The notes beneath the pieces are model-generated. The model made no database searches and had not been told where the DNA came from. It saw only the letters and a program-made list of their open reading frames with translations. A stretch of DNA of 64,000 bases from Bacteroidota bacterium (GTDB lineage Bacteria > Bacteroidota > Bacteroidia > JABEUT01): assembly GCA_013289475.1 (NCBI GenBank), contig JABCZW010000007.1:3131-67130 (forward strand), written 5' to 3'. This document shows positions 54,184-63,315 of the stretch, piece by piece. Position numbers and translations under genes: made by a program. Each line of letters begins with the position of its first letter. Position 1 is the stretch's first letter.

Positions 54184-55856
54184 CAACCTCCATCATGGTG
54201 CAGGAATCTTTCTTCTTCGATCTCCATTCTTAAATCGTACAACTTTATACCATAAAAGCCTTTTCGGTTCTCCGCATTAAAATTACCCTTCAGCATATCG
54301 CCAATTGAGCGGCCCGGGTAAGGGACTGAAAAATATTGATACCTACCTGAAATATATTGCTCTTTACCATTTATCTTCACAAAGCTCGAGTCCTTCCTTT
54401 TATAGAATACTATATTGTCATTAACAATTCCATTTTTGGCTGGGTTTTCAACAAATATTATCCATTTACCATCAGGATAAAAAACACTGTCTAGCGGCAT
54501 GTGCTTAAACGCATTTTGCGGGGAATGTGCAGCGTATTCCATTTCCCATTCCGGAATACAGCTTGCAGTAGTAGCAAAATAGAGTCTTTTTTTAATCCCC
54601 TTATTATCCATTATAACCCTTGTACCATTTATCCAGTCCCCTTCGCAGGCATTATCACCCAAATAAACAACCGAAGAAGTGGCTGTATCTTTTTTAATGG
54701 TATCTATCATATTATAATAGGCTTGCAATTGCGCAGTATATGAAGATGTATTGGCGTAGGTATTCTTCACAAACAACAGAGTTGCTATACCATAAACCAC
54801 CAGCATAGTCGTAAACCATTTACTTGACATGCCCCTTATCTCGCTTAACGCAATTGCAGTTAATATTAATGGGTAAATAAGCCATGGGATTAAGTAGTGA
54901 TGTTGGTCATCGAGCTTTATTCCTTTAAGCAAAATAAGTTGTATAATGCCCCAAATAATAAACAAAAAAAAGAGCTTTACAAGAAATCTTGCCTCAAGAG
55001 TTTTTCTTTTCATTGCCAATAAGACTAAAGGTGCCAGGAAAAATCCCGCGGCACCTATAAACTGAAAAGTATTGTAACCTGCTATTGACAATACAGATTC
55101 AGGGTAAGAATAAGAATATATTTTTTTAATATGCAGGACTACAGCAAGCAAACAGGCAAAGGGAATGGCATAAGCAAGGCTTGAAAGCAAATACTCTTTT
55201 GCAAATAAACTCTTGTTTGGGTTAAAGAAAAAGTAATCGGTAATTAGCAGAACAGGTATACAGAAAATAAAACTCTCTTTACTTATGCAAGCAAGGAAGA
55301 AAAGGAGTGCCGGCAAAATATAAAACCCTGTTATCCTTTTCTTTCTGTATCGCAGCCATACATACATTCCGGCAAGTAAAAACATCTCCCCAATATTTTG
55401 AGGAGGAGGGATAAGTGTCCACCACGTTTCGTTATTTCTGCCAAAGACATAAACGGCTAGTACAATCAATGCTGAGATCCAATCAACCTCAAAACATGTA
55501 AATATGCAAAGCAGAAAAAAAACCGACAAGAACAATATTACAAGATTTGATAAACGGAAAAGATGCGTGTTGTTACCGCATATTATACAAAGCAACTTAT
55601 CGTAACTGCGACTCAGGGGCCTAAAACGGCCAATATGAATATCGCTTAAAATAAAACCTTTCAGGTCAGTTTCATGTCCATAAAATGCTGCTTTATATGC
55701 GTTCGATACCTTTTCAGGATGCAACATAGCCGCTATTGGATGATCGTCCCCATAAGAGAAAGGTAAGCGGTAAACCTTCTGTGTAACAATAAAAAAGATG
55801 AAGGTAAAAAGTGCCGATAAAGCCAGGCTACGAATTATATTATACCTTTTATTCAT
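54180..55856 (-). CDS. Polytopic membrane protein with C-terminal soluble domain (GT-C-like, function unknown)
   Basis: 558 aa. About 11 TM helices over the first 370 aa, then a roughly 190-aa hydrophilic domain. Lies 18 nt downstream of an FAD oxidoreductase gene. The stop overlaps the convergent acpH stop by 4 nt. Confidence 0.45.
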   Translation of the reverse strand: MNKRYNIIRSLALSALFTFIFFIVTQKVYRLPFSYGDDHPIAAMLHPEKVSNAYKAAFYGHETDLKGFILSDIHIGRFRPLSRSYDKLLCIICGNNTHLFRLSNLVILFLSVFFLLCIFTCFEVDWISALIVLAVYVFGRNNETWWTLIPPPQNIGEMFLLAGMYVWLRYRKKRITGFYILPALLFFLACISKESFIFCIPVLLITDYFFFNPNKSLFAKEYLLSSLAYAIPFACLLAVVLHIKKIYSYSYPESVLSIAGYNTFQFIGAAGFFLAPLVLLAMKRKTLEARFLVKLFFLFIIWGIIQLILLKGIKLDDQHHYLIPWLIYPLILTAIALSEIRGMSSKWFTTMLVVYGIATLLFVKNTYANTSSYTAQLQAYYNMIDTIKKDTATSSVVYLGDNACEGDWINGTRVIMDNKGIKKRLYFATTASCIPEWEMEYAAHSPQNAFKHMPLDSVFYPDGKWIIFVENPAKNGIVNDNIVFYKRKDSSFVKINGKEQYISGRYQYFSVPYPGRSIGDMLKGNFNAENRKGFYGIKLYDLRMEIEEERFLHHDGGC

Positions 55857-55874
55857 CCGGCGTTACCAATAATT

Positions 55875-57419
55875 TCACCTCGACTCATTATATTCATCTT
55901 CCGTGTTTATCTCCCAAATATTATTTCTTGAAGGCACGTTATTTTTAATATTATCTACTGCTGTTATAGCTGTAAGCATTGAATGGTCCTGGTTATTATA
56001 TTTATGCATTCCATTTCTACCAACTAAAAACAAATTTTCATAGCCATCCAAATATTCTCTTAATTCAGAAAATCGGGAATAAGTACCAAAATAGGCCGGG
56101 TACGTTTTAGGCATTCTTATCACAATCGAATCTAAAAAATCAGCCTTATCAATCATGCCAATTTCAGACAATTCATTAACAGCAAGAGTCGACATCTCTC
56201 TATCAGACATATTATTTATGGTATCTCCTTCATTACAAAAATACTCGGCCCCAATCCAATAAGTATTAGCATCATTAACCATATAAGGGCTCCAGTTATT
56301 AAATATCTGTAACCGGCCTATTTTCACTCCGGGTTCTTGTATATAAATCCAGTTATCCAATATATCCCCTACAAGTAATTTTTTAACCAATATACCAACC
56401 GTAATAAAATCCCGATAAAGTAATCCGTCACTAATTTCTTTCACATTAGCAGGAACATTAGTATTGAATGAATTTATCAGTTCCTGAACAGGCATAGTAG
56501 AAATAAAGTAATCACCACTAAAGTCAACAATCTCACCGGTATCTATGTTCTTTGCTTTAACCTTCTGTATTTTTTTGCCATCAATCTCAATTCCTATGAC
56601 TTTAATATTTTGATATAATTCGCCCCCCTCCTTTTTTACAATATCTGCTACTTCTTCCCACATTTGCCCTGCTCCGTATTTAGGGTAGAGAAAATACTCT
56701 ATTAATGAAGTTTCTGTATCTTTTTGTGATATGTCTTTATTCTTTGATTTACCTGTAAGCGCTTTCTTTAAAATATGTAATATTGCTTTGGATATTGATA
56801 GTCCTTTTATCCTCTGTGCACCCCATTCAGCACTAATTTTATTGCAGGGAATACCCCAAACTTTCTCTGTATATTCTTTAAAAAAAGTTTCGTAAAGCTT
56901 CTTCCCAAAACGATTAATGAAAAAATCCTCAAGATTTTCTTCAGGCTTTATTGAAAAAAGCCTGCTTTTCATATAGCTTAACCCCAAAACAAAGGTGCGC
57001 CCGAAACCTAATTTTGAAATAGTATCATAACTTAAAGAAATAGGGTAATCGAAAAAGGTTTTCATGTAATATATCCGCGACTTCCTTTTCCTCACCAACA
57101 TTACCTTTTCATTATCAACAATATTAGTATTAGAGTTTATAATTTCCTTTTGCTTATTCTGGTACGATATTTTAACTTTTCCCGCTTCCTGTTGAATAGG
57201 CAAAATGCTTTGCCACCAATCCATAATTATATCTGACTTTGAAAAAAATCTGTGCCCGCCTATATCAACCATGTTGCCTTTATAGTTAACAGTACGGGTA
57301 ATGCCGCCCCAATATTTGCTTTGCTCTATTACGACAGGTTTTATGCCGGTTTTCCTTAAAAACTCAAGCGCAGCAGTCAATCCTGCCGGCCCACCCCCGA
57401 TAATTATAGCTTTCTTCAT
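55875..57419 (-). CDS. NAD(P)/FAD-dependent oxidoreductase (amine-oxidase / UDP-galactopyranose-mutase-like fold)
   Basis: [19 protein letters not shown] dinucleotide motif, GGHRFF, and C-terminal [18 protein letters not shown] prefer the ATG at 57419. A minus-strand TAtaTTTG box (57463-57470) lies 44 nt upstream. Confidence 0.7.
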   Translation of the reverse strand: MKKAIIIGGGPAGLTAALEFLRKTGIKPVVIEQSKYWGGITRTVNYKGNMVDIGGHRFFSKSDIIMDWWQSILPIQQEAGKVKISYQNKQKEIINSNTNIVDNEKVMLVRKRKSRIYYMKTFFDYPISLSYDTISKLGFGRTFVLGLSYMKSRLFSIKPEENLEDFFINRFGKKLYETFFKEYTEKVWGIPCNKISAEWGAQRIKGLSISKAILHILKKALTGKSKNKDISQKDTETSLIEYFLYPKYGAGQMWEEVADIVKKEGGELYQNIKVIGIEIDGKKIQKVKAKNIDTGEIVDFSGDYFISTMPVQELINSFNTNVPANVKEISDGLLYRDFITVGILVKKLLVGDILDNWIYIQEPGVKIGRLQIFNNWSPYMVNDANTYWIGAEYFCNEGDTINNMSDREMSTLAVNELSEIGMIDKADFLDSIVIRMPKTYPAYFGTYSRFSELREYLDGYENLFLVGRNGMHKYNNQDHSMLTAITAVDNIKNNVPSRNNIWEINTEDEYNESR

Positions 57420-57534
57420 TTCTAATATAGGCAAGGAAAAATCAATAGTTCCCTATGATGAGCAAATATACCAAAGTTATAAACCTATAATAAGCAAGGT
57501 ATTATTGATTACAAAATGTTATCTTTGAACTTTG

Positions 57535-59592
57535 ATGAATTTCCTCTTCCCATCATTCCTTTACGCACTCTCAGCTTTAAGCATTCCAATAGCAATCCAC
57601 CTTTTCAATTTCAGGAGATATAAAAAACTATACTTCTCCAATGTAAGGTTTTTGCAGGAAGTAGTACAGGAATCACGCTCACGTTCGAGGTTAAAACACT
57701 GGCTGGTATTGCTCTGCCGCATGCTCGTACTGGCTTTTCTTGTCTTCGCATTTTCCCAACCATATATACCCAATAAACAGGGCAATACAACAGCAGGAGT
57801 AAAAGCGGTAAGTATCTTTATTGACAACTCTTTTAGCATGAATGCCGTGAATCAAAACGGCACACTATTAGAAGATGCGAAGAGTAAAGCAGAGCAGATT
57901 GCCCAATCGCTTAATGCGGCTGATAAGGTCCAGCTTATATCTGAGGACTTCGATGAAGCACAGGAAAGGTGGCTGAACAAAGATGAGTTCCTGGAAGAAT
58001 TAAAAGGGCTAAAAACATCTCCTAATTCACGCATGCTGCCTGAAATTATGCAGCGCCAGCAGGAAAACATAATACACAGTGGCTGCCCGGTAAAAGAGGC
58101 ATTTATTATATCCGACTTCCAGAAATCAGCGTCAGATATATCCAACTTCCACTCAAACCCTGACATAACAACCGATTTAATACCCGAAGTAGCGGAAACA
58201 AAAAACAATGTTTCTATTGATACCTGCTGGTTCACATCGCCTATACATGTACCCGGCAAAGCCGAACAGTTAATGGTTAAGCTCAGTAATTATTCAACAG
58301 CACAGGTTACCAATGGGCCAATAAAACTTTTACTAAATGGTGAAGAAAAAGCTGTCGGAAGCTATAATATAGATGCGATGGGAAGTACGACGGTATCCAT
58401 GTCCTTTATCCCGGATAAAAAGAAAATACAGCAGGGCGAGCTAAAAATAAATGACTATCCGATAAACTTTGACGATAAGCTATTCTTCTCTTTCAAACTT
58501 TCATCAAGCATACCCATGCTTTGGCTACACCCTGATAGCACCCGAAAGAATGCTTACCTGCATTCACTTTATGGCAAAGATTCACTATTCATTTTTAATG
58601 AAGCAATAGCAAGCCACCTCGATTATGCTACTCTACCCAATTATCGCCTGATAATCCTTGATAACATAGGCTCAATAACATCGGGTATGGGTAATGAACT
58701 AAGCAAATATATATCGCTGGGAGGTAATTTGCTCGTAATTCCTCCAGCATCGGGTTTAGATATGAATTCTTATAGAGACTTTCTATCCTCGATAAATTGC
58801 TCATACTACGAAAGGCTTGATACAACTCATCTGAAGGTTGACAAACTGAATTATGAAAGTAATATCTATTCTGATGTGTTTGAGAAGAAGCAGCATCCTA
58901 ATATGGACCTGCCATTGGTAAGTAAGCACTACAGCATATCGCACACCACGAAATCACTTTCAGAAAATTTGATGAAACTTGAAAATGGTGATGACTTCCT
59001 GGATGAATTCCATTACAACAAAGGGAATGTATACCTGCTTTCAGTAGCCATGAACAATAACTTCAGCAATTTTCAGCAACATGCCATTTTTGTACCAACC
59101 ATGTATAACATAGGCTTATATAGCAGCAGTAACCCTCAACTATATTATACTCTTGGAGATGCTCAACCCATAGAAGCCCCTAATATAAACCTGCCACAAA
59201 ATGTTTTCTTTAAAATACAGGGTGATAAAGACACACTTTCCATACTGCCGGAAAAGAGAATTATAAACGATAATGTTTTCCTTTTCCTTCACAGCCAATT
59301 ATTTCAATCGGGTAACTTTAAACTTATGGCAGGGGATAGCCTTGCATCAGGCATTTCCTTCAACTATAATCGCCGCGAATCCGACCTGCGATGCCTTGCA
59401 GCTGCGGATATAGAAACCTTATGCTCGAAAGCCGGAGTAAAGAACTTTGCAGTAATGTCGGTTACCAATGCTTCCCTCCCATCTTTACTAACTGAAGTTA
59501 ACCGGGGGAAATATTACTGGAAATACTGCCTGCTATTAGCTTTATTATTTTTGGCAGCCGAAGAGGCCCTATTACGTTTATGGAAAGATTAA
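57535..59592 (+). CDS. BatA-type N-terminal double-TM domain protein (large, with C-terminal TM anchor)
   Basis: MNFLFPSFLYALSALSIPIAIHLFNFRR, followed by a second TM helix, a large soluble region, and a C-terminal helix YYWKYCLLLALLFLAAEE. Confidence 0.6.
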   Translation: MNFLFPSFLYALSALSIPIAIHLFNFRRYKKLYFSNVRFLQEVVQESRSRSRLKHWLVLLCRMLVLAFLVFAFSQPYIPNKQGNTTAGVKAVSIFIDNSFSMNAVNQNGTLLEDAKSKAEQIAQSLNAADKVQLISEDFDEAQERWLNKDEFLEELKGLKTSPNSRMLPEIMQRQQENIIHSGCPVKEAFIISDFQKSASDISNFHSNPDITTDLIPEVAETKNNVSIDTCWFTSPIHVPGKAEQLMVKLSNYSTAQVTNGPIKLLLNGEEKAVGSYNIDAMGSTTVSMSFIPDKKKIQQGELKINDYPINFDDKLFFSFKLSSSIPMLWLHPDSTRKNAYLHSLYGKDSLFIFNEAIASHLDYATLPNYRLIILDNIGSITSGMGNELSKYISLGGNLLVIPPASGLDMNSYRDFLSSINCSYYERLDTTHLKVDKLNYESNIYSDVFEKKQHPNMDLPLVSKHYSISHTTKSLSENLMKLENGDDFLDEFHYNKGNVYLLSVAMNNNFSNFQQHAIFVPTMYNIGLYSSSNPQLYYTLGDAQPIEAPNINLPQNVFFKIQGDKDTLSILPEKRIINDNVFLFLHSQLFQSGNFKLMAGDSLASGISFNYNRRESDLRCLAAADIETLCSKAGVKNFAVMSVTNASLPSLLTEVNRGKYYWKYCLLLALLFLAAEEALLRLWKD

Positions 59593-59610
59593 CAACATAA
59601 TACACCAACT

Positions 59611-60876
59611 ATGAATCTGCTTGTACAATCAGCAAAAATTATCGACCCTGCTTCGCCACACAATGGCAAAACAATGGATATATTGATAGAAAATGGCAAG
59701 ATTACAGAAATAAAGAAAAGCATACCTGCAGGAGGTATTAAGAAAGTCATCAATGGAAATGACCTCCATGCTTCACCAGGATGGTTTGATATGCAGGTTA
59801 ACTTTTGCGACCCGGGCTTTGAGCATAAAGAGAGCATTACAACTGGCATTAAAGCGGCAATTAAAGGCGGATTTACAGGCGTAGCGGTTATGCCCTCTAC
59901 AAACCCAACAGTACATTCAAAATCACAGGTAGAATATATCACAGGTAAATCGAAAGGACAGATTGTGGACATACACCCTGTGGGAGCCATATCTTATAAA
60001 TTGGAAGGGAAAGACCTTGCAGAACTATATGACATGAAAATGTCGGGTGCAGTAGCCTTCTCCGATGATATTTATCCTGTAATGAATGCGGGCCTGATGC
60101 ATAGGGCTCTACTCTATGCCAAAAGCTTTAATGGGCTAATTATGAGCAGGTGTAATGATAAAACCCTTGCAACCGGAAGCGATGTAAACGAGGGCAAATA
60201 CAGTGTATCGACAGGAATGAAAGGTGAACCCAGGATTGCAGAAGAAATAATGGTGGTGCGCGACCTATTCCTAGCGCAACATACCGATGCAAGAATACAC
60301 ATCAACTCTATATCGGTAGCCGGAAGCATATCGCTTATAAAAAGCGCTCGAAAACAAGGTACAAACGTTACCGTATCGGTTAACGGATATAACCTTTGCC
60401 TTGATGACTCAGAAGTACTTGGATTTGATACCAATTATAAAGTAAGCCCTCCATTACGTGGTAAAGAAGATATAAAAGCGCTTAAAAAAGCACTGGCAGA
60501 AGGTGTTATAGAAGTAATATGCTCGGACCACAGGCCAGAAGACGAAGAAAGTAAGAAAGTAGAATTCGACCTTGCATCTCCTGGTATGATAGGTATACAG
60601 ACCTTATACCCTATAGTTAATATGCACAGTGAACTTAGCACCGAACAAATAATAGAAAAGATAGCCATTAACCCAAGAAAGATACTGGGCTTAGCAGTGC
60701 CAACTATAAAAGAAGGCGAAAATGCTAACCTGACCTTCTTCAACCCGAATGAAGAGTGGGTATTCGAAGAAAAGCAGATAGCATCAGCATCGAAGAATAC
60801 TCCGTTTTCAGGTAAAAAACTGAAGGGAAAAGTGGTAGGAATTGTAAATAATGATATATACCGCTCAGCAGAATAG
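59611..60876 (+). CDS. Dihydroorotase-family (amidohydrolase) protein with degenerate HxH metal motif
   Basis: 421 aa, colinear with type I DHOases: ...FDMQVNFCDPGFEHKESITTGIKAAIKGGFTGVAVMPSTNP...CSDHRP. The expected D-x-H-x-H-L-R reads D-M-Q-V-N-F-C. Confidence 0.7.
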   Translation: MNLLVQSAKIIDPASPHNGKTMDILIENGKITEIKKSIPAGGIKKVINGNDLHASPGWFDMQVNFCDPGFEHKESITTGIKAAIKGGFTGVAVMPSTNPTVHSKSQVEYITGKSKGQIVDIHPVGAISYKLEGKDLAELYDMKMSGAVAFSDDIYPVMNAGLMHRALLYAKSFNGLIMSRCNDKTLATGSDVNEGKYSVSTGMKGEPRIAEEIMVVRDLFLAQHTDARIHINSISVAGSISLIKSARKQGTNVTVSVNGYNLCLDDSEVLGFDTNYKVSPPLRGKEDIKALKKALAEGVIEVICSDHRPEDEESKKVEFDLASPGMIGIQTLYPIVNMHSELSTEQIIEKIAINPRKILGLAVPTIKEGENANLTFFNPNEEWVFEEKQIASASKNTPFSGKKLKGKVVGIVNNDIYRSAE

Positions 60877-61005
60877 TAAAGGGATTGAACCCTATTTGGT
60901 AGTGATTGTGAATAAGAAAGGGTAAAATATTTTTCCGAAATTCAAAATATTCGTATACATTTGCACCAATAAACACGTATTTAAGAATTCATAATTATAC
61001 TCCTG

Positions 61006-61155
61006 ATGAAAAAGACCTTATCACCTCTAGTTGTTTTGGCAATATTGGCCATTTCGTTCCTTGCGGCGTGTAAATCTTCTGAAAGTTGCGCAGCCTATAA
61101 AGACTCACGCGCTAACCCGCAACAAAACATTCAACAGTACCATTCAAGGGGATAG
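61006..61155 (+). CDS. Small lipoprotein (49 aa), absent from the ORF track because it is under 60 aa
   Basis: MKKTLSPLVVLAILAISFLAACKSSESCAAYKDSRANPQQNIQQYHSRG. It has a classic lipobox (LAAC), a TAcaTTTG box at 60956-60963 upstream, and a strong terminator 27 nt downstream. Confidence 0.5.
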   Translation: MKKTLSPLVVLAILAISFLAACKSSESCAAYKDSRANPQQNIQQYHSRG

Positions 61156-61181
61156 TACTTTTTCATAATAAAGAAACTTAG

Positions 61182-61218
61182 TCAGGCTTCCTCATTATGA
61201 GGGAGCCTGATTTGTTTT
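61182..61218 (+). terminator. Intrinsic terminator after the small lipoprotein ORF
   Basis: 12-bp stem TCAGGCTTCCTC / GAGGGAGCCTGA with one G-U pair and a 5-nt loop ATTAT, followed by TTTGTTTT. Confidence 0.75.
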
Positions 61219-61239
61219 ATAAAATACCGATCTAAGTTT

Positions 61240-62538
61240 ATGCGCTCTTCAAGGCCATTAAACCTTCTTATTGTAAGCAATATTATATCAGGCTTTGCCC
61301 AGGGCATAAGTATGCTGGCTATTCCATGGTATTTTGTAAGCATTCTTCATTCACCGGAAAAACTTACCCTTATGTATATGTTTACGCTTATAGGCAGCGT
61401 ATTCTGGGGCCTATATTCAGGTACATTAATAGATAAATATGCCCGGAAAAGCATATTCCTTTTCTTTTCGGTTGTTGGTGGTATAATACTTTGCGGGGCA
61501 TCGCTTACCGGCTTTTTATACGATACCGGCGTACCTACCTATGTAGTTGTAATAGTATTTATGGCCACTGCATATATCAATACTATTTACTATCCTGCGC
61601 TTTACGCATTTGCACAAGAAGTGAGCGAACCTAGCCGGTATGGAAAGGTAAATTCATTGCTTGAGATACAATCACAAGCCATGACTATAGCCTCGGGCGG
61701 TGTTGGAGCTATATTACTGCAGGGTATAGATGTAAATGCTATTCATATAGGTAGTTTGACTATTCCCATAAGTCTTCATATTGCCCAATGGAGCCTTAGC
61801 CGCATTTTTATGGTTGATGGCCTGACCTATTTTGTCGCCATTGCATTAATTGCCATGGTAAAATATACTCCGCATACTGAGAAAAATAAGGTTGATGGTA
61901 CGGTTTGGGAAAGGTTTAAAACGGGTAATGCATTTTTAAAATCTCATCCATTGGTTTTAATATTCGGCCTTAGCTCACTTTCAATTTTTGTGTTTTTACT
62001 ATTACACTTTAATACCCTTGTGCCTATTTATATAGTAAATCACCTACACAGCAATGTAACCATCTATGCCTTAACAGATGTTTACTACGCCATTGGGGCA
62101 CTGCTTGCAGGTGTCTGGGTAAGACGAATATTCAGAGGAGTAAACACAGTAAAAGCTATTTTAATACTTATAAGTATTACCTGGGTAACGCTTACTATAT
62201 GCGCCCTTTCAACCAGCAATGCTATATACTTTGCGTTCTCATTCATGTTAGGTATAACCAATGCAGGTGCCAGGGTTTTGCGTATAACCTATTTATTCCA
62301 CCATGTGCCTAATAACCTGATTGGGCGGGTAAATAGTGTGCTTTTTATGCTCGGGACGGTTTGCCGCATTGGGCTTGCCATGATATTCTCTCTAGCCTTT
62401 TTCTCACAAGAGGACAATGTTACCTGGGCGCTTTTAATCTGCGTGTTATTCTTATTGGCAAACTTCATCATGCTTGCTCTTAATTATAAAGGACTTACGG
62501 TAAAGTACCCCGATGCAAGCATGGAACTTAATATTTAA
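61240..62538 (+). CDS. MFS transporter
   Basis: 432 aa with about 12 TM helices in a 6+6 layout and a central loop (KYTPHTEKNKVDGTVWERFKTG). Confidence 0.75.
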   Translation: MRSSRPLNLLIVSNIISGFAQGISMLAIPWYFVSILHSPEKLTLMYMFTLIGSVFWGLYSGTLIDKYARKSIFLFFSVVGGIILCGASLTGFLYDTGVPTYVVVIVFMATAYINTIYYPALYAFAQEVSEPSRYGKVNSLLEIQSQAMTIASGGVGAILLQGIDVNAIHIGSLTIPISLHIAQWSLSRIFMVDGLTYFVAIALIAMVKYTPHTEKNKVDGTVWERFKTGNAFLKSHPLVLIFGLSSLSIFVFLLLHFNTLVPIYIVNHLHSNVTIYALTDVYYAIGALLAGVWVRRIFRGVNTVKAILILISITWVTLTICALSTSNAIYFAFSFMLGITNAGARVLRITYLFHHVPNNLIGRVNSVLFMLGTVCRIGLAMIFSLAFFSQEDNVTWALLICVLFLLANFIMLALNYKGLTVKYPDASMELNI

Positions 62539-62595
62539 GTCATAAAAACTTAGGTACAAACACTTTTTCTATCTTGCGGCCAGAAATTGATACCT

Positions 62596-63315
62596 ATGGC
62601 TGTTAGTTCAAGAGAAAACATACTCTTTTTGGATATTGAAACCACTCCACAATTTCCCGATTTTAGTGATGTGTCTGCACCTGCGCAACAATTATGGGAA
62701 GAAAAGATAACTCGGCAACGCTTGCTAAAAGAGAATGAAACCATACCTGAATCGTATGGCAGGGCAGGGTTGTATGCAGAATTCGGCAAGATAATTTGCA
62801 TAGTTGTAGGCTTTTTTGAGAAGGACACTTTTCAACTCCGATCATTCAGCGGAGATGATGAAAAGAAACTGTTAATAGAATTTTCCTCTTTTCTTGAAAA
62901 ATTCATACAGCATCGCAATGCACCGAACATACAGTTATGCGCCCATAATGGCAAGGAATTCGACTACCCTTATATCGCCCGGAGAATGCTCATCAACAAA
63001 GTAACTATCCCTAATATTCTTGATAACTCGGGTAAAAAACCATGGGAAGTATCTTTAATAGATACATTAGAACTATGGAAATTCGGAGATTATAAAGCAT
63101 TTACATCCTTGAATCTTTTAGCACACATTTTTGGATTACCGAGCCCAAAACAGCAGCTCGATGGCAGCAAAGTAGGAACAACATATTGGCAGAAGCATGA
63201 TTTGGAGAGCATTGTTAAGTATTGCTGTACAGATGTTGTGACATTGGCCAATGTATATCTTTGCCTGAAAGGTCAGGAACCCTTTAATGAAAACTCAGTA
63301 GTTTACAAACCATGA
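62596..63315 (+). CDS. RNase H-fold 3'-5' exonuclease (DEDDy, PolB-exonuclease-like)
   Basis: ILFLDIETT (Exo I), HNGKEFDYPYI (Exo II) and YCCTDV (Exo III). I prefer the ATG at 62596 over the TTG at 62587. Confidence 0.65.
   Translation: MAVSSRENILFLDIETTPQFPDFSDVSAPAQQLWEEKITRQRLLKENETIPESYGRAGLYAEFGKIICIVVGFFEKDTFQLRSFSGDDEKKLLIEFSSFLEKFIQHRNAPNIQLCAHNGKEFDYPYIARRMLINKVTIPNILDNSGKKPWEVSLIDTLELWKFGDYKAFTSLNLLAHIFGLPSPKQQLDGSKVGTTYWQKHDLESIVKYCCTDVVTLANVYLCLKGQEPFNENSVVYKP

Noticed and set aside
59589-59990. 133-aa minus-strand ORF overlapping the start of the DHOase-like gene
   Set aside because: The plus-strand frame aligns with the amidohydrolase family across this region. The antisense product has no recognisable features.
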